Positions 1 to 10,976 of a stretch of DNA of 64,000 nt are shown here, piece by piece; position 1 is the stretch's first letter; the number at the start of each line of letters is the position of its first letter. Under the pieces are notes generated by a model. That model saw nothing but the letters and a program-made list of their open reading frames with translations. It was not told where the DNA came from and did not search any database. Source of the stretch: Wickerhamiella versatilis (Eukaryota); assembly GCA_030867685.1 (NCBI GenBank), contig JAQOWU010000008.1, positions 1,364,001 through 1,428,000 on the forward strand. The letters are read 5' to 3'. The translations under genes were made by a program, and so were the position numbers.

Positions 1-1
1 G

Positions 2-1693
2 TGGGCTCAAGGACTCGGGGTTCCTCATGTTGATGAACCTAGGGCTATCCTGTATTACACTGCATCAGCTAGTAATGGGGGCGTACGAGGCCTTGCGGCT
101 CTAGCAAATCGACATTTAACAGGCCGTTTTGTGCCCAAAGATGATGACCTGGCATTACAATATATAAGAGCTGCAGCTGATATGATTCTTGGAGAGTCTG
201 TAAGTATTGATCAGATCTTTCACCAGTACAATTATGTATTAGCAGCAGAATCAGGCACAGGTGTATATGGAAGCGCAGCATATGCTTCCAATCAGCTTGG
301 AGGTGCTGATACCGTTTATCATGGGACACGGTCGCGAGCTCGCATATATGTCAATCATATGGGATTGTCTGATGAAACAACGTTGGACGCTCTTGATTCT
401 CTTGAATTTCGAGCAGATGAAGAGAGTGATCCAGCGGCAATGTACTGGCTCGCTCGACTTTACTCAACTGGTGTGGCGCCTTATCCGCCAAACCCCGAGA
501 AATCTAAACTTTATGCATTTCAGTGTATTCAGGCAGCACGTGATGACCCCTACACAATTCCGTCCTTGCGAAATTTGTTGGAATCACTTTGTAGCTCAAT
601 TTTGGGCGACTATGCTCTGGGTCTGGGGAATGTCGATATTGCTTCCGAATGGTATGACCATGGAATAACACTGGCAAAGGAGGTAAGTGAGACATGCCCT
701 ACTTGTACTTCCGGTAAAGTACGAGTGCTTCTAAAAAACAAGCAATATGATCAAGCTTTTGAGCTGGCTTTCAGCAATCCAGACTCAATAATTACACCAT
801 CAGCACTCATAGGTTTAGCAACCGAATTGCTGATAAATGACAATGAGGAGAAGGCACATGATGTTCTTCAACGCTGCTGGAAGAAACATAAATATCGCGC
901 GCCTCAATGTGCATACTTACTAGCCAGCTTGGATGACCAGGCGGCTAAGCCAGCTCGCGATGTAGCCGAAAAATATTTTGCTGCCATCAGAGGGGCTGAA
1001 GAATTATGGATCCCTCAAAGATGGGCCCAACGGTCGTACATAAATGGTGATCCGGATTCGGCAATCATTGGCTTCTTAATCGCGGCCGAAGTTGGATTCA
1101 ACGACGCTGCAGCAAATGCTGCAGATCTCCTAGATGTGCGTCATGGATCTCTACAAATTTTATCGAAATGGCCTCAGAATATTGTAGAGGAATCACGTCG
1201 TGCAGAGCTTGCATTAAAACTATGGGTACAGGCATCTGAAAGTTATAATGCAGACGCACGTGCGCGGGCCGCCGACTACTTGCTCGAAGGAATTGGTACT
1301 CAAAGCTCTCAACCACAAAAAGCAGCTGAATTTTATAAGCTACTCAGTAAAATGCGTATGGGATACGGATATTATATGCTTGGGTGGCTGCATGAATATG
1401 GTGTGGGATTGCGTAAGGATGTCCATCTGGCTCTCCGTCACTATGAGTATGCCCTCCAGACACCAGGAGGTTGGCTCCCCAGCCATGTTGCAATTTTGAG
1501 ATCCCACCTGAAGCTTTTTCTTGGTGGTGCTGAGGCTGCAGCTGACGAGCCAAGAAAACCTTTGAAGTCTTGGGGTGCTATTATATCCTCTTTTCGTAAC
1601 AATGAGAATTCAGAGAAATCTATCTGGACAGACAAGCTCGTGCTAGCAGGCATAATTGTTGCTTTAGCAGGCGGTGCTTGGCTCAACCACTAA
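2..1693 (+). CDS. HRD3: SEL1-repeat ERAD adaptor (Hrd3/SEL1L), 5'-truncated by the window edge
   Basis: Frame is open from base 2 (WAQGLGVPHVDEPRAILYY...). Multiple SEL1-like repeats (AMYWLARLYSTG, ARAADYLLEGIG, YMLGWLHEYGVGLRKDVHLALRHY), AAEVGFNDAAANAA motif and a C-terminal TM helix. Confidence 0.85.
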   Translation, partial: WAQGLGVPHVDEPRAILYYTASASNGGVRGLAALANRHLTGRFVPKDDDLALQYIRAAADMILGESVSIDQIFHQYNYVLAAESGTGVYGSAAYASNQLGGADTVYHGTRSRARIYVNHMGLSDETTLDALDSLEFRADEESDPAAMYWLARLYSTGVAPYPPNPEKSKLYAFQCIQAARDDPYTIPSLRNLLESLCSSILGDYALGLGNVDIASEWYDHGITLAKEVSETCPTCTSGKVRVLLKNKQYDQAFELAFSNPDSIITPSALIGLATELLINDNEEKAHDVLQRCWKKHKYRAPQCAYLLASLDDQAAKPARDVAEKYFAAIRGAEELWIPQRWAQRSYINGDPDSAIIGFLIAAEVGFNDAAANAADLLDVRHGSLQILSKWPQNIVEESRRAELALKLWVQASESYNADARARAADYLLEGIGTQSSQPQKAAEFYKLLSKMRMGYGYYMLGWLHEYGVGLRKDVHLALRHYEYALQTPGGWLPSHVAILRSHLKLFLGGAEAAADEPRKPLKSWGAIISSFRNNENSEKSIWTDKLVLAGIIVALAGGAWLNH

Positions 1694-2083
1694 TTTGGTC
1701 AAGCTATATTACCGATATCTGTCATTTTTTTTTAATCTACGAAACACTATAACTATTTTTTGGTACTGGCACGAATTGGAAAATATTGAGAAAGCAACCA
1801 ATGAGTTCTAGTACACACGAAATGCTATTTGGAGCTGTGTATCTTATGAATAGCATAGCTGCAGAAGGCGAGAATCTCAGAACAAAAGTTACAACACATG
1901 CATAACCAGAGCATGGCTCTTCCCTCGGTTCGTGCAAACCGATGGGGAGTGTTCGTGGAACCCTTCATAAAAAGTATAGCAAACTAATAGGAAAAAGAGT
2001 ATATCACTAGGACTCTTAAGGCTACATCTTTATACAACATTTCAGACCGTTGTTCTATGTTGTCTTGAGAAAAAGCGCCTGCG

Positions 2084-2839
2084 CTACTCCTCGTCTTCAC
2101 CACCATCTAGTTTGTCGAGCGCATAAGTCTTCGCAGACTCAAGGAGATCATCGGGAACGGGTTGGTGGCGACCATTTGTGCGTGACAGTGATGCCCAAGA
2201 AATTTCGACTTCAAAGTCCTTATCTTTTGTGTCTTCGTGAGCGAGATAGATGATTCTTGCTGCTTCCTTGACGGCAAACTCAGGATCTAAGGTATCAAAA
2301 TCAAGCTTTTCAAGTTCACTCCGCGCTGCCTGACGCCCACGTCCCGTCGCAGCACCTTGATAGCCCCAGCTCTGTCCATTTGGCTCAATCATATAGAGAT
2401 GGGCACCCTTATTATCACACCCTCCTACAATTGTGGTGACACCAAAAGGACGTACGGAATTATAAAGTGTGTAGGCCTGCATATAAGCAGCAACATTGTT
2501 AGCTAGAGCATCCACAGGCATAGGCTGACCAAACTGATCACGCCAGTTAGCGGCCTCATCTCTTGCTCGGGAAACGACGTGACGACCATCGGGATTCATA
2601 CCGCTGTAAGTCACTCCCACATGCTGATCCACCTGCTGGATGCGCTTATTGGTGTTGGGCACAAGAAGCTTAGAGGAGATGATTTTCTCGACAGCCAGGA
2701 CAAAGCCATCCTTACATCTAAGTCCAACCGTCGTGCCACCATTTTCTACAGCCTTTGTAGCGTATTCTACCTGAAATACTCGCCCATCTGGACTAAAAAC
2801 GCTGTTCGACAGGTCATAACCTGTCCCAATAGACGACAT
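2084..2839 (-). CDS. PRE10: 20S proteasome subunit alpha-7
   Basis: MSSIGTGYDLSNSVFSPDGRVFQVEYA N-terminus, YTLYNSVRPFG and KDKDFEVEISW. Confidence 0.97.
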   Translation of the reverse strand: MSSIGTGYDLSNSVFSPDGRVFQVEYATKAVENGGTTVGLRCKDGFVLAVEKIISSKLLVPNTNKRIQQVDQHVGVTYSGMNPDGRHVVSRARDEAANWRDQFGQPMPVDALANNVAAYMQAYTLYNSVRPFGVTTIVGGCDNKGAHLYMIEPNGQSWGYQGAATGRGRQAARSELEKLDFDTLDPEFAVKEAARIIYLAHEDTKDKDFEVEISWASLSRTNGRHQPVPDDLLESAKTYALDKLDGGEDEE

Positions 2840-2909
2840 CTGACTATAACTAAGCCATTAGTGCCGCCACATAAGGACAACAGCCTCTTTCTAAGCAGGT
2901 TGTTAAGCT

Positions 2910-3119
2910 ATGCCTTCGATCACTGAAGAACCTAAACAGGAGCCGCGTTTGACAACGCTGGAAGCGGGTGATGAATTCGAGGATTTCCCAAGCGTAGAGT
3001 GGACCGCCAAAAAACCCAGTGATAACTCAAACTTGTGGGTAAAGCACTGGGAGGACGACGACAACTATGACGACGACTTTGCTGCTACATTGAGAGATGA
3101 GATAAATAAAAAGAAGTAA
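2910..3119 (+). CDS. SEM1: Sem1/DSS1 proteasome lid subunit
   Basis: 69 aa acidic protein with DEFEDFP..W and W...WEDDD..DDDF...LR.E motifs. Confidence 0.92.
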   Translation: MPSITEEPKQEPRLTTLEAGDEFEDFPSVEWTAKKPSDNSNLWVKHWEDDDNYDDDFAATLRDEINKKK

Positions 3120-3500
3120 AATTTCTGGCTGATGCAGCTTTCAATGTGCATTGTAACGTGTCAATTAATGAGCACAACCGTAAAGTAATGTACGTAGTAC
3201 TTATGCGCTATATGATATCGAAAACATCCTCGTATCTACTTATTTGGCATTACTTCTCGATAGTTGGTTAGATCGGCTGGTAAGTGGCATGAATTATCTG
3301 AATGAAATTAGTTGATTTGGAGCTATGAATAGCCAGCCGCCTTATGTTTCTTTTAAACACGAAATATAGCTGTGAACTCCCAGAATCTGTCTAGCGATGC
3401 TATTTCGACAAATGCCGAGGTCTGCAAAAGAATATGTATGTATCTAGAGGACTATCGCCATATAAATTAATATTCATCTATTGTGAAAAGTTACATAATC

Positions 3501-4289
3501 ATGGTTACGGTGCCTCCGGTAATTCCGATTCTTCCTGGTGTTGGTGCCAAACGTGGTGTTGCAGAGGAGTTTACTGATTATGTCTATAATTTTGGTTTTC
3601 TTCACGGGGCGTGGCCTGATGTGATATTACAAGTAGGAGACTTGCCGGCTATGAGAGTTCATGCTCTTTTTGTGAGCCAAAGTCCAGTTATATACCAGCT
3701 GCTTTCCAATGCTGGCACACAGATGCCATTCCATTTGACTATTCCTAGCCATGATGCATCCCTTACCAGCACTGCGTTATCCACAGCACTTGGTACTCTT
3801 TATGGCCATCCTATTGTTCTTGAGTCTCTAACACCAGATCTAACAGTTGCTCGGGGGCTCTTAGCAGCGGGAACACTCCTTGGACTGGATAAAGTCGTAC
3901 AAGCGGGTAAGGAACTTTTATTGCGGTGCATCTCGGCTGCGAATCTGCCAACGCTTTTCGAAATTACCGCCGAAAAGGGATATGCATCACTACTGGAGGA
4001 TATGGTGCCAAAACTTACTGACTATCTCCTAAAAAACTTGCGCACATCTAATCCTGATCCCGCGATAGTAAAGGCTTTGGCGCAACTGCCATTCTACAAC
4101 GTCAAGGATATTTTAGAACATCCTAAACTACAAGTTGCGGATCCAATGCAGCGTCAAGCATTTGCAAAACTTATAATAAAACAGCGCTCTCCACATTCGC
4201 ATGCTAATGGGTTTGAAGAACGTGTAGTGCTGTCGTTTGGCCAAGACCACGCGGGGATTGAAGTTATTCAACGCCCGTTACGCCTGTAG
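3501..4289 (+). CDS. BTB/POZ-domain protein of unknown function
   Basis: GFLHGAWPDVILQV...RVHALFVSQSPVIYQLL and ALGTLYG pattern typical of fungal BTB proteins. First ATG at 3501. Confidence 0.65.
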   Translation: MVTVPPVIPILPGVGAKRGVAEEFTDYVYNFGFLHGAWPDVILQVGDLPAMRVHALFVSQSPVIYQLLSNAGTQMPFHLTIPSHDASLTSTALSTALGTLYGHPIVLESLTPDLTVARGLLAAGTLLGLDKVVQAGKELLLRCISAANLPTLFEITAEKGYASLLEDMVPKLTDYLLKNLRTSNPDPAIVKALAQLPFYNVKDILEHPKLQVADPMQRQAFAKLIIKQRSPHSHANGFEERVVLSFGQDHAGIEVIQRPLRL

Positions 4290-4445
4290 TAAAGTCATGA
4301 TTCAACCTAACAATTTTAGTTCGACGAGTTGTGCCACTCTTATTCTGCACTATTTGTGTTGTCCAATATTAGGCGTATAAGCATTGCTGATTGCAGAATG
4401 GCATGCTCGGCGGTAGTCAAAAATAGATAATACTAGAAATGCGAT

Positions 4446-5003
4446 CTAAGTCAATCTAGTGGCGCTTCCACCTGTGGGCTGGCCACATATATTACAATGA
4501 GAATGGTTTCGACTGTAGTTGAGGAAACAGGTTTCGCAATAAACATGCTTGCACTTCGTCAAAACAGAGGTTATTGGGGGATCTCTTCCACAAGCAGCAC
4601 AACCGTTCGAATCATTCTTCTTCGGCATTTCCAACTCTTTTTTGCGACGCTTGGCATTATGAGCGTGTACAAACCGAGTATTTGTGGCAGAACTTTCTCG
4701 CTCATGTAAAAACTTGCAAGTATCACCATAGCCGCAGTAACCAGTAAGCTTATATTCCTTGCAGACATCAGGCTGATAATCAATAAATACTGTTGCTCGA
4801 GGGGCACTTTTTGGCTCATCTAGCGTTCTTTTTTCTGGTATATCTGGTTTAGGCACCGCTGATTTTGCCCCCTTCACCTTATCAATTGCCGTGTGCGACT
4901 CACTTTTTTTCTCCTTAGCCGTCTCCTTTACCAATGGTGCTTCATCAGCTTCCTTCACTGTTCGTTTATTAGCAGTACCTAATGCACCCCGCTTTTTGAA
5001 CAT
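4446..5003 (-). CDS. CWC24: Pre-mRNA splicing factor Cwc24 (CCCH + RING)
   Basis: MFKKR start, [27 protein letters not shown] zinc finger and C-terminal RING. Confidence 0.93.
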   Translation of the reverse strand: MFKKRGALGTANKRTVKEADEAPLVKETAKEKKSESHTAIDKVKGAKSAVPKPDIPEKRTLDEPKSAPRATVFIDYQPDVCKEYKLTGYCGYGDTCKFLHERESSATNTRFVHAHNAKRRKKELEMPKKNDSNGCAACGRDPPITSVLTKCKHVYCETCFLNYSRNHSHCNICGQPTGGSATRLT

Positions 5004-5050
5004 ATCATGTGGCAATTCTGCTCGTGTCGACGTTGCTTACACACAACATC

Positions 5051-6283
5051 ATGAGCGGTGGCGAGGTTCCTGACCTAGACGCGGACCTTATGGGCGCTAG
5101 TGCAGAAGAATTTCGGATGCGCGCTGTCATGCTGGATAAGGAGATTCGCATAATGCGATCTGAGTTTCAGCGACTGACACATGAGAAGACGACGATGCTT
5201 GAACAGATTAACGATAATAAGGAGAAGATCGAAAACAACCGAATGCTCCCTTATTTAGTTGCTAATATTGTTGAAATACTGGATGCTGATACTGAGGATG
5301 ATGCTGAAGTCCCTAACGGCAAGTCTGCAGTCATCAAGACCTCGACACGTCAGACCGTATTCCTACCATTGGTAGGCCTGGTAGAGCCCTCTCAGCTGAA
5401 ACCTGGCGACCTTGTAGGTGTAAACAAGGACTCTTATTTGGTGCTTGACCAACTTCCCAGTGAATACGACTCCCGTGTTAAGGCCATGGAAGTTGAGGAG
5501 AAGCCACAAGAGACCTATTCCGATATTGGTGGGCTAGACAAGCAAATTGAAGAATTAGACGAGGCTGTAGTTAGTCCCATGAAACAAGCCGAAAAATTCA
5601 AGAGTATGGGGATCAGACCACCAAAAGGTGCTCTCATGTATGGTCCACCTGGAACTGGTAAAACATTGTTGGCTCGGGCATGTGCTGCGCAAACAAATGC
5701 TACTTTCCTCAAGTTGGCAGCACCGCAGCTGGTTCAAATGTTCATCGGGGATGGTGCTAAACTCGTGCGGGACGCGTTTGCTTTAGCCAAAGAGAAAGCC
5801 CCGACCGTCATATTCATTGACGAACTCGATGCGATAGGAACAAAGCGTTTCGATAGCGATAAAAGCGGTGACCGCGAAGTTCAAAGAACTATGCTTGAAT
5901 TGCTAAACCAGCTCGATGGTTTTGGCAGTGATGACCGGGTCAAGGTGCTAGCTGCCACCAATCGTGTAGATGTCCTTGACCCTGCTTTACTTCGTTCAGG
6001 TCGATTGGACCGAAAAATTGAATTCCCTCTTCCAAATGAGGAGTCCCGGGCTGGAATTCTCCAGATCCATTCTCGTCAAATGACTACCTCCAATGATATA
6101 AATTGGGACGAGTTAGCTCGCTCTACTGATGAATTTAATGGTGCTCAGTTGAAGGCAGTCTGCGTCGAAGCTGGTATGATCGCTCTGCGTGGCGGAAAGA
6201 ACCAGATCGGTCATGAAGACTTTGTGGAGGGCATTGGCGAAGTTCAAGCGCGGAAATCTAAGAGTGTTTCCTTCTATGCTTAG
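5051..6283 (+). CDS. RPT5: 26S proteasome AAA ATPase Rpt5
   Basis: [31 protein letters not shown] Walker [21 protein letters not shown] and C-terminal FYA HbYX motif. Confidence 0.97.
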   Translation: MSGGEVPDLDADLMGASAEEFRMRAVMLDKEIRIMRSEFQRLTHEKTTMLEQINDNKEKIENNRMLPYLVANIVEILDADTEDDAEVPNGKSAVIKTSTRQTVFLPLVGLVEPSQLKPGDLVGVNKDSYLVLDQLPSEYDSRVKAMEVEEKPQETYSDIGGLDKQIEELDEAVVSPMKQAEKFKSMGIRPPKGALMYGPPGTGKTLLARACAAQTNATFLKLAAPQLVQMFIGDGAKLVRDAFALAKEKAPTVIFIDELDAIGTKRFDSDKSGDREVQRTMLELLNQLDGFGSDDRVKVLAATNRVDVLDPALLRSGRLDRKIEFPLPNEESRAGILQIHSRQMTTSNDINWDELARSTDEFNGAQLKAVCVEAGMIALRGGKNQIGHEDFVEGIGEVQARKSKSVSFYA

Positions 6284-6480
6284 TGTGGATTATATACTAG
6301 TGCTCCTTACTTTTAGTCTATTTTTGAACTGTAGGTCAGGTTTTCTCTTTTTCTTAAGCCTCCTAGTGTATTGATTTTCACTATACTATAGTTCTAGCAT
6401 TGTAGAGACTAAGTATCTTGCTAAGAGTCTGATCCAGAAAGGAAGAGTGAGTAAGCTGATCATCCATATAGATCGTTGGT

Positions 6481-7317
6481 ATGGACATATCGACAATTGT
6501 CTCTTCCGTGGTATCGTCCGTAAGTACGAAATGCATATGCCACCCGATAGACACGTTGCGTACGATTGGTCAGACGACAGATGGTTCCTATAAGTTGCCG
6601 CTCAGGCGGTATTGGTCTGGACTTGCGCCTTCCGTTGCGCTGAGTGTGCCAGGTTTCACAGTTTACTTAGTTGCTTATAGACAGACGAAAGCTTCTTTGA
6701 CTGATACTCTTGGTGCGCAATCAATATCCAACTACATCTTGAGTGGTGCAGCTGCCGAAATTGCTTCCAGTTGGATTTGGACACCATGCGAAATCGTTCG
6801 AGGCTCGCAACAAATCTCGTCAAAATCACAATCAACTCCGGCTCTTATTTCAAGAATATGGCGTCAGGAGGGTCTAAGAGGGTTTTATCATGGATATTGG
6901 ATGGGCATTGCTGTATTTTTGCCGTACTCCGTGGTTTGGTGGGTAACCTATGAGCGAGTCAGGGAATCAGTAGCCGCAAGTCAACATACAACCGTCGCAA
7001 ATCTAAGCCCACTTTATCATGCTCTGTCGGCAGCAGCAGCAGCGAGTGTGGCGGTGGTATCAACGAACTTTCTTGATATCGTGAAAACGCGGCAGCAATT
7101 GGCACACTCTCCTGAAATCGGTTCATTAAGACCTGATGATCGTAAAGGGGTTGTATCCATTGCTCGAAACTTAATTAATGAACAAGGATTGCGCCGTGCC
7201 ATGGTCCGTGGGATGGGCATGCGTCTTCTTAGCACGACACCATCAACAGCTCTATCTATGGCTATTATGGAGTGGTTACACCCTGACCCCACCATTGCTT
7301 TAATTCAGGAAGATTAA
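6481..7317 (+). CDS. Mitochondrial carrier family (SLC25) protein
   Basis: Three carrier repeats with Px[DE]xx[KR]-like motifs (HPIDTLRT, TPCEIVR, FLDIVKTR) and EGLRGFYHG. Confidence 0.85.
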   Translation: MDISTIVSSVVSSVSTKCICHPIDTLRTIGQTTDGSYKLPLRRYWSGLAPSVALSVPGFTVYLVAYRQTKASLTDTLGAQSISNYILSGAAAEIASSWIWTPCEIVRGSQQISSKSQSTPALISRIWRQEGLRGFYHGYWMGIAVFLPYSVVWWVTYERVRESVAASQHTTVANLSPLYHALSAAAAASVAVVSTNFLDIVKTRQQLAHSPEIGSLRPDDRKGVVSIARNLINEQGLRRAMVRGMGMRLLSTTPSTALSMAIMEWLHPDPTIALIQED

Positions 7318-7686
7318 GTGCATAGCAGCCATTGATTCACTCGATAAAAAGGCAGGTCCGCCTAGATGATTTCGTCACATGGCACCTTTTTTAATACTAA
7401 TTTTACCCCTTTTGACTTTTTTTCGTGATCGTGGAACCTGAAAGCCTGATAGGTGCTAATATTAAGGGAATCATGGAACAAATAAAGGGTACTTCGACAT
7501 TAGACACATATCACATTTTTCACTATACGGATGGCAAAATTTTGGCACATTTATTACTTTTGATAGACTCCTCTATAACTTATTCTATCCCCTTTTTTTA
7601 GATAACTACAACAATCCGAAATAGGACCACTATTCGAATAAGCTGACTGAGCAGTAATTCGCCCCACCACGGAAGGTTCGTTATGG

Positions 7687-9150
7687 ATGAGCGCTAAAGT
7701 CGCGCAAATAATCCAGAACTTTTTCGTGAAGGTAGCACAAATTACTTCACTAGCGAGATGTGTTCCTGGAGGAAATTCGCAAGCTGGTAGGCCTAACAAG
7801 TGGTTCAATTTGAGAAATGAGGAGTTAGAGGCCATTAAAGAAGACCTTCGTGCGTGGCGTGTTCTTGCATTGGAGACTGGTGAGTTTTCACCGCTTATTC
7901 TTGAAAGCTATGTTGATCCTAGTGCCTTGGGACCTGGTCAAGCGCTAGTACTAAGGGATGATACCAATAATACAGCAATACAGGTTCCTCGTAAGGAGGT
8001 AGTTCTGGAGCGTTGGATCGTAGAGATAAGATCGCCATCTTCTGGTCAACTAATTGACCCCCCTGTATTATACAAACGTGCCATCGTCGCAATTCGCGCT
8101 CTGTATACCCTGTGTAGGCTTCTTCCAGCCTGGGGGTTACGCCAGCGGTTAGTACGACGGAAGCTCTCGGAATCACCTCTTAAAATAGGATTTCGTGTCA
8201 TTCGTGGTGGCAATCCAATTTCGAGTGGGGGAAGAATTGGTCTAAGTAAACCAATACCAGCGAATACGCAGAATCATGTTGGATACTATCACTTCGCTCC
8301 GATTGAAACCCCTAGTGGAACAATACATATGGCAGTTTCATATCGTTACAATGTTGCTTTTGATATCGAAGATGCTGAGACTGTTATGGCTCAGCAATTT
8401 TTGGACATCGATTCCCGAGCCACACCCTCGCGACCAACACTGTCTTATACCCGCCCTTTCAAGGATTCAACGTCATCACTTGTAACTCAAGGATCACCAA
8501 GAAGAACCCCATCAACTAGTAGTATCGCCAGAGCATCTGCAGTTGCCATTCCTATCAACCGCAGCCAACAGAGCCCTGACCCGGCGCCTACAGGGAGTGT
8601 GAGCTCTTCCATTTCACGCTTTTCTTCAAGCTTTGCTGGCCGCGTACCAGTACCAAGAAGTGCGAGTATCGAGTCGCAATCGCGTCCACGTCCAATTAGT
8701 ATTGCTAGTGGCAGCGTCTCGTCTGGTGGCGGCGGGTCGAGCCTCGAGCCAGGTAGTGGGCTTTACATGCCCCAACAAGACATTGGCGACTTCGTTCGCT
8801 TTGTTGATGATGCATCAAAACGCTTTAGTGCTTCTAATACTACTCAAGGCCAAGGCGCAGCTCTGGCCAAGTTCCAGGGAATGCGGCAGTCTTTCAGTCA
8901 ACTCAGCGATTCTCTAGCGCAAAGCACAACCATCAGATCCCACACACAATCGGTAGAACCATATATCCCTCAAGGAAGTGGTACAAGTGCTAGCGGCTCC
9001 TCTCGTCGATTGAGTGGGACTCGACAGCGACTAGGCTTCTATCTGGACCCACATACATATACTGAGGAGGCAGTAGAAGAGGAGCCTAGTGAGGAAGAGC
9101 CTGATGGCGATGAACTACTCTTTGCCATGAGTGATATGCACTGTTCCTAA
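7687..9150 (+). CDS. ATG13: Autophagy protein Atg13 (HORMA domain + disordered tail)
   Basis: QIIQNFFVKVAQI, NKWFNL, VVLERW, LYKRAIVAIRALYTLCRLLPAW, Ser-rich tail ending DELLFAMSDM. Confidence 0.9.
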   Translation: MSAKVAQIIQNFFVKVAQITSLARCVPGGNSQAGRPNKWFNLRNEELEAIKEDLRAWRVLALETGEFSPLILESYVDPSALGPGQALVLRDDTNNTAIQVPRKEVVLERWIVEIRSPSSGQLIDPPVLYKRAIVAIRALYTLCRLLPAWGLRQRLVRRKLSESPLKIGFRVIRGGNPISSGGRIGLSKPIPANTQNHVGYYHFAPIETPSGTIHMAVSYRYNVAFDIEDAETVMAQQFLDIDSRATPSRPTLSYTRPFKDSTSSLVTQGSPRRTPSTSSIARASAVAIPINRSQQSPDPAPTGSVSSSISRFSSSFAGRVPVPRSASIESQSRPRPISIASGSVSSGGGGSSLEPGSGLYMPQQDIGDFVRFVDDASKRFSASNTTQGQGAALAKFQGMRQSFSQLSDSLAQSTTIRSHTQSVEPYIPQGSGTSASGSSRRLSGTRQRLGFYLDPHTYTEEAVEEEPSEEEPDGDELLFAMSDMHCS

Positions 9151-9212
9151 CCACTTAGCCTTTCTATAATTTCATGAAATCATGTCTTATTTAGCTAACA
9201 AACATCTAAGTA

Positions 9213-10055
9213 CTATTGTGTTGTGGGATTCTCGCTTAGAAGTGGAGCATGCTCCGCATCAGGCGGGACACTCTTTACTTGTATTTGTGCAGGAGAAATA
9301 AACAAGCACAGAAAACTTGCCAATGCTAGAATAGCAGAGATAGTAAACGCAAAAATCCATTGTAGAGCAAAAACTTTGACCAGCAGCTGTCCGAGTCCTA
9401 ATGCAAGAGTTATCCAGGATGCAGCGAATCCTATAGAATAGTCACCGTATACAAAAAGGAAGAATCCGGGTACACATAAGAAATCCCAAATAAGAATGTT
9501 AGCAATTAAACGCGGAACAATGTTGCGTGCTCCAACCATGACTGCACCGCCCCACATCACTAAATATAGCGACCAAATGATTGGCAAGGCCACTAACGAC
9601 GAGTGAAGGACTATCCAATTTTTGAGAGGTCGGATCTTGTAAGAGCCCCCTAAAACATATGCATAGAGGAGCTGAATTAAATTTAAACAAACAGACAGCT
9701 CAGCCAGGATATAATGGGATCTTGCGAATAAGTACGACCAACAAAGAAACAGGACGTTCGAGGCAGAAAAGTGGTATAGTAGGAAATCGGGAGTGACGTC
9801 CATGAATTTGACTAGTGCTAGTAATTGCAATACAGTCATAAATCCCCAATAAGAAAAAACGCAGGGAAGGTTTGCAGTGAAGGGTGTGAAGCCAACATCA
9901 TCCTGGTGCCCATGATCCCAAGGACTTCGACGGCCTAGGCCGTATCGAATACTAGATAGAGCCATGAGAAGGAAAGGTACATACACAATTACCTTCGTAG
10001 CCCGGTCTAGAGCCCTCGGACTTATTGCTATCCCAGATTCATTGGTCTCCGACAT
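9213..10055 (-). CDS. Multi-pass fungal membrane protein (DUF1774-like)
   Basis: About 7-8 hydrophobic segments, TPFTANLPCVFSYW, ALQWIFAFTI and a C-terminal EHAPLL dileucine sorting motif. Confidence 0.6.
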   Translation of the reverse strand: MSETNESGIAISPRALDRATKVIVYVPFLLMALSSIRYGLGRRSPWDHGHQDDVGFTPFTANLPCVFSYWGFMTVLQLLALVKFMDVTPDFLLYHFSASNVLFLCWSYLFARSHYILAELSVCLNLIQLLYAYVLGGSYKIRPLKNWIVLHSSLVALPIIWSLYLVMWGGAVMVGARNIVPRLIANILIWDFLCVPGFFLFVYGDYSIGFAASWITLALGLGQLLVKVFALQWIFAFTISAILALASFLCLFISPAQIQVKSVPPDAEHAPLLSENPTTQ

Positions 10056-10388
10056 AACAACTAATAAATTGGTGGCAGTATTATATAATCTATTATCAAG
10101 TTATACTGCTACGACGGCAACTTACTTGACAGCCTGAAATGAAGTAATATGTAAGCTAAAACGTATATGGGTTACTTTTAAGACTTTTTTATCAGCGTCT
10201 CCAAAAAAGATTGGTAGTAGCACTGCAACGAAATAGCTATATTTTTATCCAGGTCGTAACTCCAACATGATTACAAATATATGAGATATAAATAATGATA
10301 TCGAGAAGTCAAGGCTTAGGGTACACCGCTCGGTTAGTTGATCTGCCATTATACCTTAACACCGATCATAGCAAGGATCAACAGCACC

Positions 10389-10784
10389 ATGGCAAATAAG
10401 CCAAGAAAACGTAGTGGTGGTAACAGTACCAGTGAAACACCTGAATCCCAAGATGATACCCCGACAAGTGAATTAGGTGAGTTACCACTTGATGCGTTAC
10501 GCCGATTCCGCCTTGCACACGACATGGATGCATCTGAACCAATGACACCAGCAGGCTTCATGCTTCAAAGTGAAGTTGGCAGCCATACATGGACCTCGAA
10601 GCATAGTGAACGGGTCCCAGCTCGCGAGGTTTTACGACAAGTGAAAGACAAGATTCGTCAGGAATCCGTTCAAGAGGGGGAGGCAATAGCTGCATTTTTA
10701 TATACGATCAAGCACAAAAACTCAGTGCTTAAGACAGACTTCATGGCGCGGGATATGGGGTCACAGGAGGATGCGAGTCCATAA
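10389..10784 (+). CDS. SAP30: Sap30 subunit of the Rpd3L/Sin3 HDAC complex
   Basis: LPLDALRRFR...VQEGEAIAAFLYTIKHK Sin3-binding pattern. Adjacent to a CUE gene, as SAP30/CUE1 are in S. cerevisiae. Confidence 0.75.
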   Translation: MANKPRKRSGGNSTSETPESQDDTPTSELGELPLDALRRFRLAHDMDASEPMTPAGFMLQSEVGSHTWTSKHSERVPAREVLRQVKDKIRQESVQEGEAIAAFLYTIKHKNSVLKTDFMARDMGSQEDASP

Positions 10785-10976
10785 CAAGCTTCCCCAGTAT
10801 AAGGCGGTGTTAGAACAGCATTAATTTTTTTTTCTCAATTATTTCATGGTCTTATGCCTTTCTAGTATTAATTCTTAAATACATTCCACATATATACTGT
10901 TCCCACTCTGTATATGCCTATATGAGTAGTAGCATAATGATCACCTTAATGTGATAGGTGTCATAACTTATTAATA

